Virus record (IMG/VR): IMGVR_UViG_3300035241_000016
Span: 1-64,000 of that record
Reading direction: 5' to 3' (one strand)
Source of the DNA: a virus
Taxonomy: Duplodnaviria > Heunggongvirae > Uroviricota > Caudoviricetes
Length of the DNA: 64,000 bases
Under the pieces are notes generated by a model. That model was not told where the DNA came from and did not search any database. It saw only the letters and a program-made list of their open reading frames with translations. Shown one piece after another: positions 16,229 through 25,077 of the stretch; within the stretch, counting starts at the first letter, position 1, and every line of letters starts with the position of its first letter. The position numbers were made by a program, and so were the translations under genes.

Positions 16229-16877
16229 CGGCGTTCGCCGAATCTCCGGAATAGCGTTGATCGGCGAGACGCGGCGACAGAAACCACTTGATGTCGCTCC
16301 ACCAGCGCCGCCAGCGGCGGTACTCCCGCGAGGCATAGCCGACAACGATGAACCCTTCCGGACTAATGGGCTGTGCCTTGCCTCGGGTCGGCCCAATACG
16401 GTGTTTGTAGTAGTCGTCGCGCTCCCAATTCAGATAGGTGGGTCGCAGGTCGTTGAACTGCCGGCCGTCCAGCAGCGCCATGTTTTGCATGTCAGCCAGC
16501 GTTTCTCGGAGGAATCCTCGCTCGCTCAGGTGCTTGTCATATTGGTTGTCGTTGAAGATGCCGACGACGATGGTTTTCGCTGGCCGGATCTGCCCTTTAT
16601 GGCTCCGCACGACGAGGGTGCGAAACGGCCGCTCAGGCTCGCCACCATCATCGGCCCGGTTACGGCACAGCGAACATCGCCACGTTGTCCAGCGGATGCC
16701 ATTTGCGGCAACCCGATCAATCACCAACTCCGCGTTGGGGTGGACCTTGCAATGCACGCCGGTCACGGCTGCGTATATCCTCCGAAACAGGTCGGGCACT
16801 TGGGCAGGTGCGGCAAGAGGCGTTCCTCCTCCGTCCCATTGGTCATTGGTATGGCCGTCCCGCACGTGGTTTTCCAT
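16215..16877 (-). CDS. hypothetical protein
   Basis: Start placed at MENHVRDGH; contains a Rossmann-like beta-alpha stretch TLVVRSHKGQIRPAKTIVVGIFNDN. Function unknown. Confidence 0.4.
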   Translation of the reverse strand: MENHVRDGHTNDQWDGGGTPLAAPAQVPDLFRRIYAAVTGVHCKVHPNAELVIDRVAANGIRWTTWRCSLCRNRADDGGEPERPFRTLVVRSHKGQIRPAKTIVVGIFNDNQYDKHLSERGFLRETLADMQNMALLDGRQFNDLRPTYLNWERDDYYKHRIGPTRGKAQPISPEGFIVVGYASREYRRWRRWWSDIKWFLSPRLADQRYSGDSANADGPR

Positions 16878-16958
16878 GCCCAATGGGTTTCGCTCCAGCC
16901 ATGTTTGGCCAGGTGAATATTCCGTCCGACCCCTGGCTCCCCATCCCACAAATACCGG

Positions 16959-17174
16959 TTACTCGGCATTCGCCACCTCGAACGTCGGCTCAGCCGTCGA
17001 TGTCTTGCATGGCTTGCCGAAGATGAGGTGCGTGGGATCATCGTTCGTGCCCCTGATCACCCGCACCACACGTATGGGGAGCAGTTCACCCTCAGCTTCG
17101 GCAACCTGACACTTCGAGTCCTTAGCGACAGGGTTGCCGATGATAAGCCTGTGGGGCTGGTCGGTAGTCATCAT
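16959..17174 (-). CDS. hypothetical small protein
   Basis: 71 aa; ATGATGA coupling with the upstream gene. Confidence 0.4.
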   Translation of the reverse strand: MMTTDQPHRLIIGNPVAKDSKCQVAEAEGELLPIRVVRVIRGTNDDPTHLIFGKPCKTSTAEPTFEVANAE

Positions 17175-17389
17175 GTGTTCCGCACGTTGGCGGACCGCAG
17201 CAGCAGACCGTCCAAGTACTCGAGCTCGTCGTACATAGCAGCCAACTGCCAGGCGTTAATTTCGCCGTCCTCAAACCAGTGAATAATCGTGTTTATTCGC
17301 CGGTTGCTTCGGCCCTCAAGAGACTCGTCCTCTGGCAAGTCCTCCCAGGCAACATGGCCGAGCGGCACTAAACGCTTGTCCTTAGCCAT
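17171..17389 (-). CDS. hypothetical small acidic protein
   Basis: 72 aa; GGAGTAAGG SD; protein-like composition. Confidence 0.5.
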   Translation of the reverse strand: MAKDKRLVPLGHVAWEDLPEDESLEGRSNRRINTIIHWFEDGEINAWQLAAMYDELEYLDGLLLRSANVRNT

Positions 17390-18134
17390 GCGCCTTACTC
17401 CGTTCTCGCGCAGTTAAGCGGAGGGATGGCAGGCTCAGGACCCCAAAGGCATCCGCTCCCATCCAGTCGCGAGCAAAGCCTTCGACCCGTGCCCCATTCA
17501 GCATCGTGCTGTTGCGATGGTGGTAATGACCATGCACGATGAGCTTTGGACTGACGGCATCAACCACTCGACGGACCTGGCGCCGGTTGCCTAGCGACTC
17601 AGGCCACCTATCTTTGTCGCCTGCCGTTGACGGCCCAACGACGCCGGCGGCGCCATCCGGTGCGTCATGACACACCAGCACATCGGTAGGGCCGCCTTCG
17701 CTGGCCTTCCTAACCTCGTCGTCAGTGATGGTTTCCTCGGACCACCACGACTGGCCTTCGACGCGGTTCGGCTTGTCAACGCTGTAGGCCCCGCCGAGAG
17801 CAAGAAATCGCACGCCGTCACAGGCCCACCGATAACCGCGGGGGAGATACGTCACACGCGGCCGAATTTCGACCGCTCGGCTGCAGTCGTACCGCGTTCG
17901 CAGCAACGCGTGATTCTCGTGATTGCCGTCTACCCAAAAGAGGAAGAGGCCGTACCGCTCCATCAATTCGCTAGCGGCCTTCAGGTAGTAACACCCATCG
18001 TCAAGGTGCTCCCAGTAGCCAAAGTCACCAAGCTGGAGAATGGCCGTGCATTTCTGCTCGTCAGCGACCTGGGCAAGGAACCGGAGCCAGTCCGCTTGGC
18101 CGTGCGTGTCGCCGGCCAGAAGCACTTTCGTCAT
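17382..18134 (-). CDS. Ser/Thr protein phosphatase (calcineurin-like metallophosphoesterase)
   Basis: Motifs LLAGDTHGQ, GDFGYW, VDGNHENH, GHYHH. Start placed at MTKVLLAGD. Confidence 0.75.
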   Translation of the reverse strand: MTKVLLAGDTHGQADWLRFLAQVADEQKCTAILQLGDFGYWEHLDDGCYYLKAASELMERYGLFLFWVDGNHENHALLRTRYDCSRAVEIRPRVTYLPRGYRWACDGVRFLALGGAYSVDKPNRVEGQSWWSEETITDDEVRKASEGGPTDVLVCHDAPDGAAGVVGPSTAGDKDRWPESLGNRRQVRRVVDAVSPKLIVHGHYHHRNSTMLNGARVEGFARDWMGADAFGVLSLPSLRLTARERSKAHG

Positions 18135-18159
18135 GACGCTGACCCTTCGCTCAGTTCCA

Positions 18160-19938
18160 TTAGCGGCTCGCGCTTTCTCGTGGAATGCCGGCCGGGAATA
18201 GGAGCTCCGTTGCCGCAACCGCGCCACGCACGGGGTAGTCAATCAGGCCGAGGCTTCGGAGGCCTCCCAGGTTATTCCCGTAGCCGCTGGACGTCGCCGA
18301 CTGCCCAACCCGCCGCGCGAGGTCATCCCGTGTCATGTGAAGTGGATACGCGTCGACCAACGCCCGGACGATGTTGGCGCGCGGCGCCGGCAACTTGGCG
18401 TACCAGGCATCGTGCAGGGCCTCGAGCGACCGGAAGGCGCCACGCATGGCGGCCACCTGGCGTCCGGCCTCGGTCAGGGCCACCATCCCACCGCGGGGGT
18501 AGTCGACCAGGCCGTTCGTCCGCAGCCGGCCAAGATTGTTCCCGAATCCCGACGATCTCGGCGATTGGTCCGCGAATACGGCGACGTTGCTCCGGGCGAT
18601 CTCCGGCAAGCCCAGAGCTTCGAACTCGGCGAGAGCATCCAGGATGGCTTGCTGGGGTCGGGTTATGTCGCCGGCTGCAATGCTGGCTGGTTGGAGTATC
18701 CTCGGATCCGCGGGTTCTGGCGTCTTTACACCACGCGGTAATCCGTCATGCGCAGCCTGCACAACCGCCGGCGGCGTGTACGAGGGTCGCTGGGCTGAGC
18801 TGAGAGCGGTGGCTACTCGCTCGGCCGCGGTGTTCAGACTGGCGGCAGCCTCCTGGGCTAGCTGCGCCGCTCGCTGCAGGGCTTCGACGTCAGCCGCGCC
18901 GACGATCGGCACCTCAATCCGTTCGACGACGGGCTCCGCCGCTGGCCGGCTCGCTAGTTGGCGCTCAAGCTCGGCAATCCGCTGGCGAAGTTCCTTCGGG
19001 TCGTCCGCCTTCGCCTTGTCGACCACGGACGCCAACTCAGCCGAGAGTGCCGTCAGATCGACGTCGGCTAGCGTTCGCGGCTCAACACGCGTCTCGCCAG
19101 GCTTCGGTGTCGCGGAGCTGTCGAAGGTCTCCCGGCGAGCCACCTGCACGCGCTGAAAGATGCCCTCGTCATCGGGCCAGCCCGGCGACCAGACCCAGGC
19201 CGTACCCACTGGCAGCGATGGCAGCGAATCCATCAACTCGCGGCGCTGCTCCGGCGTGCCATGAACGTCAATCCAATCGTTGAGCGCCGCCAGGTCCTGC
19301 GGCGCGATCGTCCGAAGTGCGATGAGGATCTGGATCTGGGTGAGGACGTTCTTATTAAGAACTGCCGCGCGTTGCGTGGCCATGAGGCAGCCAATTCCAC
19401 GCTGGCCACCGCGGCGGACGATGTCCTCGCAGGCGCCAAGCATCCGCTCCTCACCCTTCTGCGGACGCTGAGGCGCGACAGCATCAGCCTCGTCGATGAT
19501 GAGCATCATCGGCGTGCGGAACTGCTCCTTGGCCTTCAGCCGATACAGCGTCTCCAGGAAGATGGCCATGAACGTGGCCAGCTCGTGCTTGCGAAACATG
19601 GACAGGTCGACCAGCGCCGTCACCCGCTGCTCCACCAGGAACCTGGCCACGGCCTCGCCGGCGTTCACGTCCAGCGGGATGTCGGCGTGTTCACCACCCA
19701 GAATGAGGATTGGTAGGCCAGGCGACTTGCCGTCGGCACTGGAGCGCAGACCATACCAATCGCCTTTGGGATCGACGACAACGACTTGTAGGCCGGCTCC
19801 GAGCATTTGCTCGGTCAGCTTGGCTGCGCAATAGCTCTTACCGGCCCGGCGCTTTGCAAGCACGCCAATGGCCTGCGTCACGGTTTCGAGAGGGAGTTCC
19901 AGCTCGCTGGCAATTCGCAGCACTCTCATCGCTACCAA
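18160..19938 (-). CDS. P-loop NTPase (HerA/FtsK-like; Walker A AKRRAGKS, Walker B LIIDEAD) with two C-terminal wHTH-like repeats
   Basis: 592 aa; VLAKRRAGKSY...VVVVDPKGDWYGL...MMLIIDEADAV. C-terminal repeats SSGFGNNLGRLRTNGLVDYPRGG and SSGYGNNLGGLRSLGLIDYPVRG. Confidence 0.6.
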   Translation of the reverse strand: MVAMRVLRIASELELPLETVTQAIGVLAKRRAGKSYCAAKLTEQMLGAGLQVVVVDPKGDWYGLRSSADGKSPGLPILILGGEHADIPLDVNAGEAVARFLVEQRVTALVDLSMFRKHELATFMAIFLETLYRLKAKEQFRTPMMLIIDEADAVAPQRPQKGEERMLGACEDIVRRGGQRGIGCLMATQRAAVLNKNVLTQIQILIALRTIAPQDLAALNDWIDVHGTPEQRRELMDSLPSLPVGTAWVWSPGWPDDEGIFQRVQVARRETFDSSATPKPGETRVEPRTLADVDLTALSAELASVVDKAKADDPKELRQRIAELERQLASRPAAEPVVERIEVPIVGAADVEALQRAAQLAQEAAASLNTAAERVATALSSAQRPSYTPPAVVQAAHDGLPRGVKTPEPADPRILQPASIAAGDITRPQQAILDALAEFEALGLPEIARSNVAVFADQSPRSSGFGNNLGRLRTNGLVDYPRGGMVALTEAGRQVAAMRGAFRSLEALHDAWYAKLPAPRANIVRALVDAYPLHMTRDDLARRVGQSATSSGYGNNLGGLRSLGLIDYPVRGAVAATELLFPAGIPRESASR

Positions 19939-19976
19939 CTCCCCACCAGTTGCCCATTCGTAGCTAGAATTGGCGC

Positions 19977-20465
19977 ATGCTTCCTCGCGGCGCCGACCTC
20001 TCGGGAAAGCGATTCGGCCGACTGGTAGTCATCGAAGAGGCCCCTCGTCCGAGCCCGCGTCATCGTCTGTGGATATGTCGTTGCGACTGCGGCAACACGG
20101 CCGTCGTTCGACAGGACCACTTGGGGAAGAAGATTCAGGCGTGCGGTTGCCTCCAGCGAGAACGGACATCGGCGGCCAATCGCACACACGGTATGAGCAA
20201 GACTCCCGAGTTCCACACGTGGGAGCGCATCAAGAATCGTTGCCACAATCCGCGCACGCCGGACCATCCCGACTGGGGCGGGCGGGGAATCTTCGTCTGC
20301 GAAGAATGGCGCCATGACTTCACGGCCTTTTATCGCGACATGGGGCCACGCCCAAGCCCGCAGCACTCCATCGACCGCATCGACAACGACGGTCCATACT
20401 CGCCTGAGAATTGCCGATGGGCCACGGCGAAGGAACAAGCCAACAACCGACGCCACGCCGCCTAG
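19977..20465 (+). CDS. HNH_3-like (degenerate, IDRID) DNA-binding/homing-endonuclease-like protein, paralog 1 of 3
   Basis: N-terminal Zn motif [12 protein letters not shown]...[13 protein letters not shown]...CGC. C-terminal [12 protein letters not shown]...DMGPRP...[27 protein letters not shown] resembles HNH_3 but with His replaced by Arg. Opposite strand to all neighbours. Confidence 0.6.
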   Translation: MLPRGADLSGKRFGRLVVIEEAPRPSPRHRLWICRCDCGNTAVVRQDHLGKKIQACGCLQRERTSAANRTHGMSKTPEFHTWERIKNRCHNPRTPDHPDWGGRGIFVCEEWRHDFTAFYRDMGPRPSPQHSIDRIDNDGPYSPENCRWATAKEQANNRRHAA

Positions 20466-20627
20466 ATCCACGATGACCACCTGCTGACCAGCGCCACTAA
20501 GTTGCTCCGTGAACTTGGCTGCGGAGTAGCTCTTGCCGGCGCGGCGTTTCGCGAGGATCCCGATGGCCTGGGTAACCGCCTCCAATGGCAGCACCAGGTC
20601 GGAAGAAATCTGCAGACCGGCTCTCAC
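20457..20627 (-). pseudogene. duplicated 5' fragment (~57 codons) of the P-loop ATPase gene, truncated where the HNH-like gene sits
   Basis: MRAGLQISSDLVLPLEAVTQAIGILAKRRAGKSYSAAKFTEQLSGAGQQVVIVD aligns with residues 5-57 of the 18160..19938 product. Frame collapses into antisense of the HNH gene after VVIVD. Confidence 0.55.
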
Positions 20628-20796
20628 CAGCCACCGCCGGAATGGTCGTCTAGCCGATCAAAGACCCCGCAGTGGCCGAGCGCAGCTGCAACGCCCAGCG
20701 CCAGACCTGGCCACCATGCTGCCGGCGGGCACCCTTTGGCAGGAGCGTGATGTCTTGTACGTCTTCCTTTAGGATGCATGATGCACAACATACTGC

Positions 20797-22434
20797 CTAC
20801 GCTTCCCTCCGCCAAATGATAGGACCGGCCGCGGCCTGCTGCTCCAGCCGGAGGCGCTCGCCTGGCGTGCGGATTTCGAACTCCCAGCGCAGGCTGCGGC
20901 CATCAGTGACGATGTGGTCGACCAGCGTGCGTACCACTTCGCGCCGCTGTTCGAAGGTGGCGGAGGCGGCCCGATCGCGGATGATGCCCACCACGCTGGC
21001 AGCGCTGGCGATCTGCAGTTCCGAGAGGCGGCGGTGGCCCAACTTCTCCACCAACTCGGCGCGGCGGGCCAGCCAGCGGTCTTCCTCCAACTGGACCTTC
21101 CGGAACTCGGCCTCGGTGACGGCCAGGGTGTACAGCTCCGGCAGCTTGCGCCGGCCGTCCAGAACGACGTCGCGCTCTCGCGCGAGGCGCGGCAGGGCGC
21201 GCGTGTCGATCTCCTCGAGCTCGCGCTCGAGCCCCTCGTAGTAGGCAGCGCCCTTCTCCCGCAGCCGTGAGAGCTCGGCCAGCACCAGCTCGGGCTGCTC
21301 GAGCAGCTCCCGCACCTTTGCCCACACCGGCTCGTCCAGCCGGTAGCTGGCCACGCTCGTACTGGTGCACCTGGGCCCCGGGTGATAGACGCTGCGTAGC
21401 TTGCCGTTACAGCGGTAGAAGGTGTAGGTCACGCCCTTCTTCTTCCCGTCGCGGCTGGCGCCGTGCACAGCACGGCCGCAGACCGAGCAGCGGAGAATGC
21501 CGCTCAGCAGGAACTCGTGCTTGCTGTTGCGCGCCGCGAAGCGCTTGTTGTCGGCGATGCGACGCTGGACTTCGTCCCACAGCTCATCAGTGATGAGTCG
21601 CGGGCAGCCGAGCCGGATCCAATCCTCCTGCGGCCGCAGGCGCTCAGTCTTGCGTGGCTTGCCTCCGACCTTCTTCCGATAGCCCGGCTCGGCGGCGCGG
21701 TAGCGGCGCTGCACCAACTCGCCCTTCAGGGCTGGATTGCGGAGCATGCGGGCGAGCGTGGCCGTGCGCCACTTTCCGCCCCTGGTAGTGGCCACGCCGC
21801 TGTCGATCAGCCAGTAGACGATGGACTGCAAACTGTGGCCAGCGAGCACGCGCTCGACGATGCTGCGCATGGTGGCGGCCTCGGTCTCGCGCAGAACGTA
21901 CTTGCGCTCCTGCTTGTCGTAGGCCATCCAGAAGAACTCGCCTGGGTTGACGATGCGTCCGGCCCGGGCATGCTCGAGGCGGCCGCGGGCGGTGCGCTCG
22001 GCGATCTGCATGCGCTCCACCTGAGCCAACACACCCTGCAGGGCATCGAAGGCAAATCCCATCGGCGTGTCGGTGTTGGCGAAGGGCTGCCCGTTGGGGC
22101 CGGCCAGCACGACGCCGGCGGCGCGCAGTTCCTTGTCGAGGAAGAGCTTGTCGGCCAGGTCCCGGCTGATGCGATCAGGATCGACGCAGCGCACCTGGTC
22201 CACGCCGCGGGCGCGGACCAGCTCACGCAGCCGGGACAGGGCTGGCCGCTCGAGCAGCGCACCGGACCAGCCGGGATCCTCGAACACGGGGGCGTCCATG
22301 TCCTCATCGCGGACCAGCTCGTCGTCAGGGCCCAGGCCGGCCAGAAGGATGGCGCGCTGCACCTCGACGGTCTGGCCGTCCGTGGAAACCCGAGCATAGA
22401 GCGCCACCCGCATGCCGTTAGTCCGGCTCACCAT
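20797..22434 (-). CDS. large serine recombinase (integrase)
   Basis: MRVALYARVSTDGQ catalytic N-terminus, recombinase domain, Cys-containing zinc-ribbon region and long coiled-coil C-terminus; 545 aa. Confidence 0.85.
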   Translation of the reverse strand: MVSRTNGMRVALYARVSTDGQTVEVQRAILLAGLGPDDELVRDEDMDAPVFEDPGWSGALLERPALSRLRELVRARGVDQVRCVDPDRISRDLADKLFLDKELRAAGVVLAGPNGQPFANTDTPMGFAFDALQGVLAQVERMQIAERTARGRLEHARAGRIVNPGEFFWMAYDKQERKYVLRETEAATMRSIVERVLAGHSLQSIVYWLIDSGVATTRGGKWRTATLARMLRNPALKGELVQRRYRAAEPGYRKKVGGKPRKTERLRPQEDWIRLGCPRLITDELWDEVQRRIADNKRFAARNSKHEFLLSGILRCSVCGRAVHGASRDGKKKGVTYTFYRCNGKLRSVYHPGPRCTSTSVASYRLDEPVWAKVRELLEQPELVLAELSRLREKGAAYYEGLERELEEIDTRALPRLARERDVVLDGRRKLPELYTLAVTEAEFRKVQLEEDRWLARRAELVEKLGHRRLSELQIASAASVVGIIRDRAASATFEQRREVVRTLVDHIVTDGRSLRWEFEIRTPGERLRLEQQAAAGPIIWRREA

Positions 22435-22572
22435 CGCGAGAGTCAGTATCCGTCAACAGCGGCGCGAGCAGCCAGGCCCACATACGGTCCCAGCGCTCCT
22501 GCTTCTCACCATCATCGACCACCCGCACGCCACAGGTAACCGGAATGGCGGCGGGATCCTCGGGGGGCGAGA

Positions 22573-22953
22573 TCATAGTGTTTCCAGCAGTGAGCCGTAA
22601 TAGCCGAGCCGCTGCTCATCAGAAGGCACGTCTGCAATCGCTTCGGCACTGCGGCCTCGTCCGTATTCATAGGGAACGCGGCTGTTGTCGAAGTCCAGAT
22701 CGCGGGGCGGATCGACGCCAAGTGCTCGCATCCCTTGCGCAAGCCCGCGTGCGATCCGTTTGGCCGCATCCTTCCTCTGTTTTGCCAACCGCTCCTGGTC
22801 TTGGGCTAGCAGAAAATCCTGGACGGCTCCACGTAGCTCGCGCTGCAAGCCCTCGGCTAGATGGCGCCGAAGGTCGAGGTCTGGCGGAAACGCATTCATG
22901 TCTGTCGCACGGCCTTCGCGCATCAACAGCTCCCCGGCGCTCAGTTTGGGCAC
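22573..22953 (-). CDS. hypothetical protein (small-gene cassette, GTG start)
   Basis: MPKLSAGELLMREG...; junction GAGGGTAAAGCGTAAGTG with the upstream gene. Confidence 0.45.
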   Translation of the reverse strand: MPKLSAGELLMREGRATDMNAFPPDLDLRRHLAEGLQRELRGAVQDFLLAQDQERLAKQRKDAAKRIARGLAQGMRALGVDPPRDLDFDNSRVPYEYGRGRSAEAIADVPSDEQRLGYYGSLLETL

Positions 22954-23298
22954 TTACGCTTTACCCTCGGAGCGTGAGCAGTCAGGCAAACGTTTGAGAC
23001 TGGCCATCAACGCCCCCAGCGTGTCACCGCCGACGAGCTCGTACTCCTTGCCACCGTCAGCGGCTATCAAGTGCATACTCAGGCCGATGCCACCGGTCCA
23101 AAACTGCGGGCTGCCATCGAACGTATAGCCCTTCCGCTTAACGAGCGAAACGAGGCGATTCTCGGACGACTCGGAGATCCAGCCGTGCGGTCGGACGGTC
23201 GGCACCAGCGACTCCGACCGGCCATCGACGTAGCTGTAGAAGAACTTTCCGTCTTCCCACTTGATGGTGGGCAGGTGATTGAAGGCGTGATCTGCCAT
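22954..23298 (-). CDS. hypothetical protein (small-gene cassette)
   Basis: MADHAFNHLPTIKWEDGKFFYSYVDGR...; ends ...SEGKA. Confidence 0.5.
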   Translation of the reverse strand: MADHAFNHLPTIKWEDGKFFYSYVDGRSESLVPTVRPHGWISESSENRLVSLVKRKGYTFDGSPQFWTGGIGLSMHLIAADGGKEYELVGGDTLGALMASLKRLPDCSRSEGKA

Positions 23299-23478
23299 CT
23301 ACGCCTTACCCCCGGCCTGCGGGTCATCGTCGCCAGCAATGAAGCAGGGGCGGCACATGTTCCTCGGATTGACGGCGACTAGCTCTCCGCCGATGGACAT
23401 GACGCTATCGTTGAAAACGATCGGCTGACCTCGCCGCCGTTTCCCGCAGCGTGAGCAGACAAAGCGGTTACTCGGCAT
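23299..23478 (-). CDS. zinc-ribbon small protein (cassette)
   Basis: MPSNRFVCSRCGKRRRG...CRPCF; ends ...AGGKA. Start placed inside the GGGGGTAAGGCGAATG junction. Confidence 0.5.
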   Translation of the reverse strand: MPSNRFVCSRCGKRRRGQPIVFNDSVMSIGGELVAVNPRNMCRPCFIAGDDDPQAGGKA

Positions 23479-23797
23479 TCGCCTTACCCCCGTCCTCGGC
23501 ATACGGAACCACCGTCGTCTCGCTCGACAAGACGTACACCCAAAGGTTGCAACGATTGCAAAGGAAGGCGTCGATCTTGGCTCCGAACTGCGTCACAACC
23601 GGATGCTTGCAGAGGCGATCTCGAACCCGCTCGCTGTCGGAGCGCAGCAGATAGTTCACGTCCCGCAGCGCCATTTGGATCGGGTCACAAGTGCCGTCCC
23701 GGTACTTCCCATCAACGGCATCCAGCCGGACGATCTCCAGCACGTCTGTGACCTTCTCCCAGGCCACCGCGTTGATGCTGTAATCGTGGTCGCTCAA
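23468..23797 (-). CDS. hypothetical protein (cassette, TTG start)
   Basis: MSDHDYSINAVAWEKV...; ends ...DGGKANAE. Confidence 0.5.
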   Translation of the reverse strand: MSDHDYSINAVAWEKVTDVLEIVRLDAVDGKYRDGTCDPIQMALRDVNYLLRSDSERVRDRLCKHPVVTQFGAKIDAFLCNRCNLWVYVLSSETTVVPYAEDGGKANAE

Positions 23798-23816
23798 TGG
23801 TTCGCCTTACCCCCGC

Positions 23817-24128
23817 TCACCGGACTATCTGCGACTCGACGCCGCGCAGGGCCACTTGGACCCGCTTACTCAGTTCCTCCCACGCAGCTGCATAGCCTTC
23901 CTCAGCACCGAGGTACTTAGCCGTAACGTCCGCGTCGGCTAACGCTGCGTCGATCACCGCCTGCCGTGACCGTACTTCGGCCAGCAGGGTTAGCCCGATT
24001 CTGGCAAGGTCATGAACCTCCCTCGCTGCGGCCTGCAGAATCGGCACGGGATCATCACCGGGACACCAGCCATAGGAGCGTTGTTCGCTGGCATGCAGAT
24101 GTAGCTCGTAGTTAGCAAGATCACCCAT
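23817..24128 (-). CDS. hypothetical protein (cassette)
   Basis: MGDLANYELHLHASEQRSYGW...; start inside GGGGGTAAGGCGAATGGGTGA. Confidence 0.5.
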   Translation of the reverse strand: MGDLANYELHLHASEQRSYGWCPGDDPVPILQAAAREVHDLARIGLTLLAEVRSRQAVIDAALADADVTAKYLGAEEGYAAAWEELSKRVQVALRGVESQIVR

Positions 24129-24273
24129 TCGCCTTACCCCCGATTAGCGAAAGGCGCAGAACAGCCCGGTAATGCCCATCCTCGCCGTTTATCGTCCAGA
24201 CAAGCAGCCCTCGGCCAATCTTTGATGCCACCAACACCCGACGACCAAACCGCATGACAAACAAGTTCTTCAT
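24121..24273 (-). CDS. small protein ending ...LIGGKANG (cassette)
   Basis: MKNLFVMRFGRRVLVASKIGRGLLVWTINGEDGHYRAVLRLSLIGGKANG; ATGA overlap with the upstream small gene. Confidence 0.45.
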   Translation of the reverse strand: MKNLFVMRFGRRVLVASKIGRGLLVWTINGEDGHYRAVLRLSLIGGKANG

Positions 24274-24431
24274 GCCGACGTTCCCCCGTTTACCGAACGA
24301 TGCTTGTCCAGCGCCCTCTGGACTTCGGCGACCCACTCCGGATCGTTCTCGGCCAGCTCACGCCCTAGCTCCTCCATCATTTCGGCGTAGCCTGGTATGT
24401 CCATCAGGCTTGGCCGCTTCGAATCAGCCAT
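24270..24431 (-). CDS. unlisted 53-aa protein ending ...VNGGTSA (cassette)
   Basis: MADSKRPSLMDIPGYAEMMEELGRELAENDPEWVAEVQRALDKHRSVNGGTSA; start immediately after GGAGGGAGTCGCTAG; not in the ORF track (<60 aa). Confidence 0.4.
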   Translation of the reverse strand: MADSKRPSLMDIPGYAEMMEELGRELAENDPEWVAEVQRALDKHRSVNGGTSA

Positions 24432-24698
24432 CTAGCGACTCCCTCCATAAGGCGCATACGACGACCGGAACGTCATGCGGCTCGCCATCTGAGCAAGCAC
24501 CCCCTTATCCCGGCTTTGATCGCCGGCGATGATGGCCATGACCACATCAAAGCGCCGTGGTGCGCCGGTCCATAATTCGCGGTACAGCGCCTCGTTGCGA
24601 ACCTTCCAGTCGCAGTACTCTGGCGCGTTCAATCGTGGCGTGATGTCGTGGTGTCGCCGGATGGCCAGCTTGGCGATCTTGGCCTGCTTGCCGGTCAT
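24432..24698 (-). CDS. hypothetical protein ending ...YGGSR (cassette)
   Basis: MTGKQAKIAKLAIRRHHDITPRLNAPEYCDWKVRNEALYRELW... Confidence 0.5.
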   Translation of the reverse strand: MTGKQAKIAKLAIRRHHDITPRLNAPEYCDWKVRNEALYRELWTGAPRRFDVVMAIIAGDQSRDKGVLAQMASRMTFRSSYAPYGGSR

Positions 24699-24892
24699 TC
24701 CGACGACCCTCGGTTTCGCGAACGTCCGGAAATCGACACCAGGGGCACGGGCTCGTCGTCGGAGGGGTCGTACCCGCAGCGGGCGCAGCCGCTAGGGCCT
24801 TCGCGATTCCATTTCTTGCACTCGGGACACTGCCACAAATAGACTCGGCCGAGCCGCTCATCAACCGTCCGCCAAACGGTTTGGGGTATCAC
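24695..24892 (-). CDS. zinc-ribbon protein (GTG start)
   Basis: IPQTVWRTVDERLGRVYLWQCPECKKW...CARCG; GTGA overlap. Confidence 0.5.
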   Translation of the reverse strand: MIPQTVWRTVDERLGRVYLWQCPECKKWNREGPSGCARCGYDPSDDEPVPLVSISGRSRNRGSSE

Positions 24893-25077
24893 CGCGACCC
24901 TCCGAGTAGCAGCGGCTCTACAGAGAACAGCGGCGGCAACGGTGGGCAGCCGCGATCAATCCAGTCCCGAACCGTGTTGCCGATGGTCGCCTCAAAGTGC
25001 TCGTCGCAGCAGGTCGGGCAGGACACAACACCCATCCCTGGCTCCAGCTTTCCACCGTGGTGACACCACCGCGCCAT
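24889..25077 (-). CDS. Cys-rich small protein ending ...LLGGSR
   Basis: MARWCHHGGKLEPGMGVVSCPTCCDEHF...; start after GGAGGGAGTCGTTAG. Confidence 0.45.
   Translation of the reverse strand: MARWCHHGGKLEPGMGVVSCPTCCDEHFEATIGNTVRDWIDRGCPPLPPLFSVEPLLLGGSR

Noticed and set aside
20841-20900. tRNA-like T-loop motif GGATTTCGAACTCC
   Set aside because: Lies inside the serine recombinase coding region (encodes ...WEFEIRT...) with no flanking acceptor/anticodon stems; coincidental.
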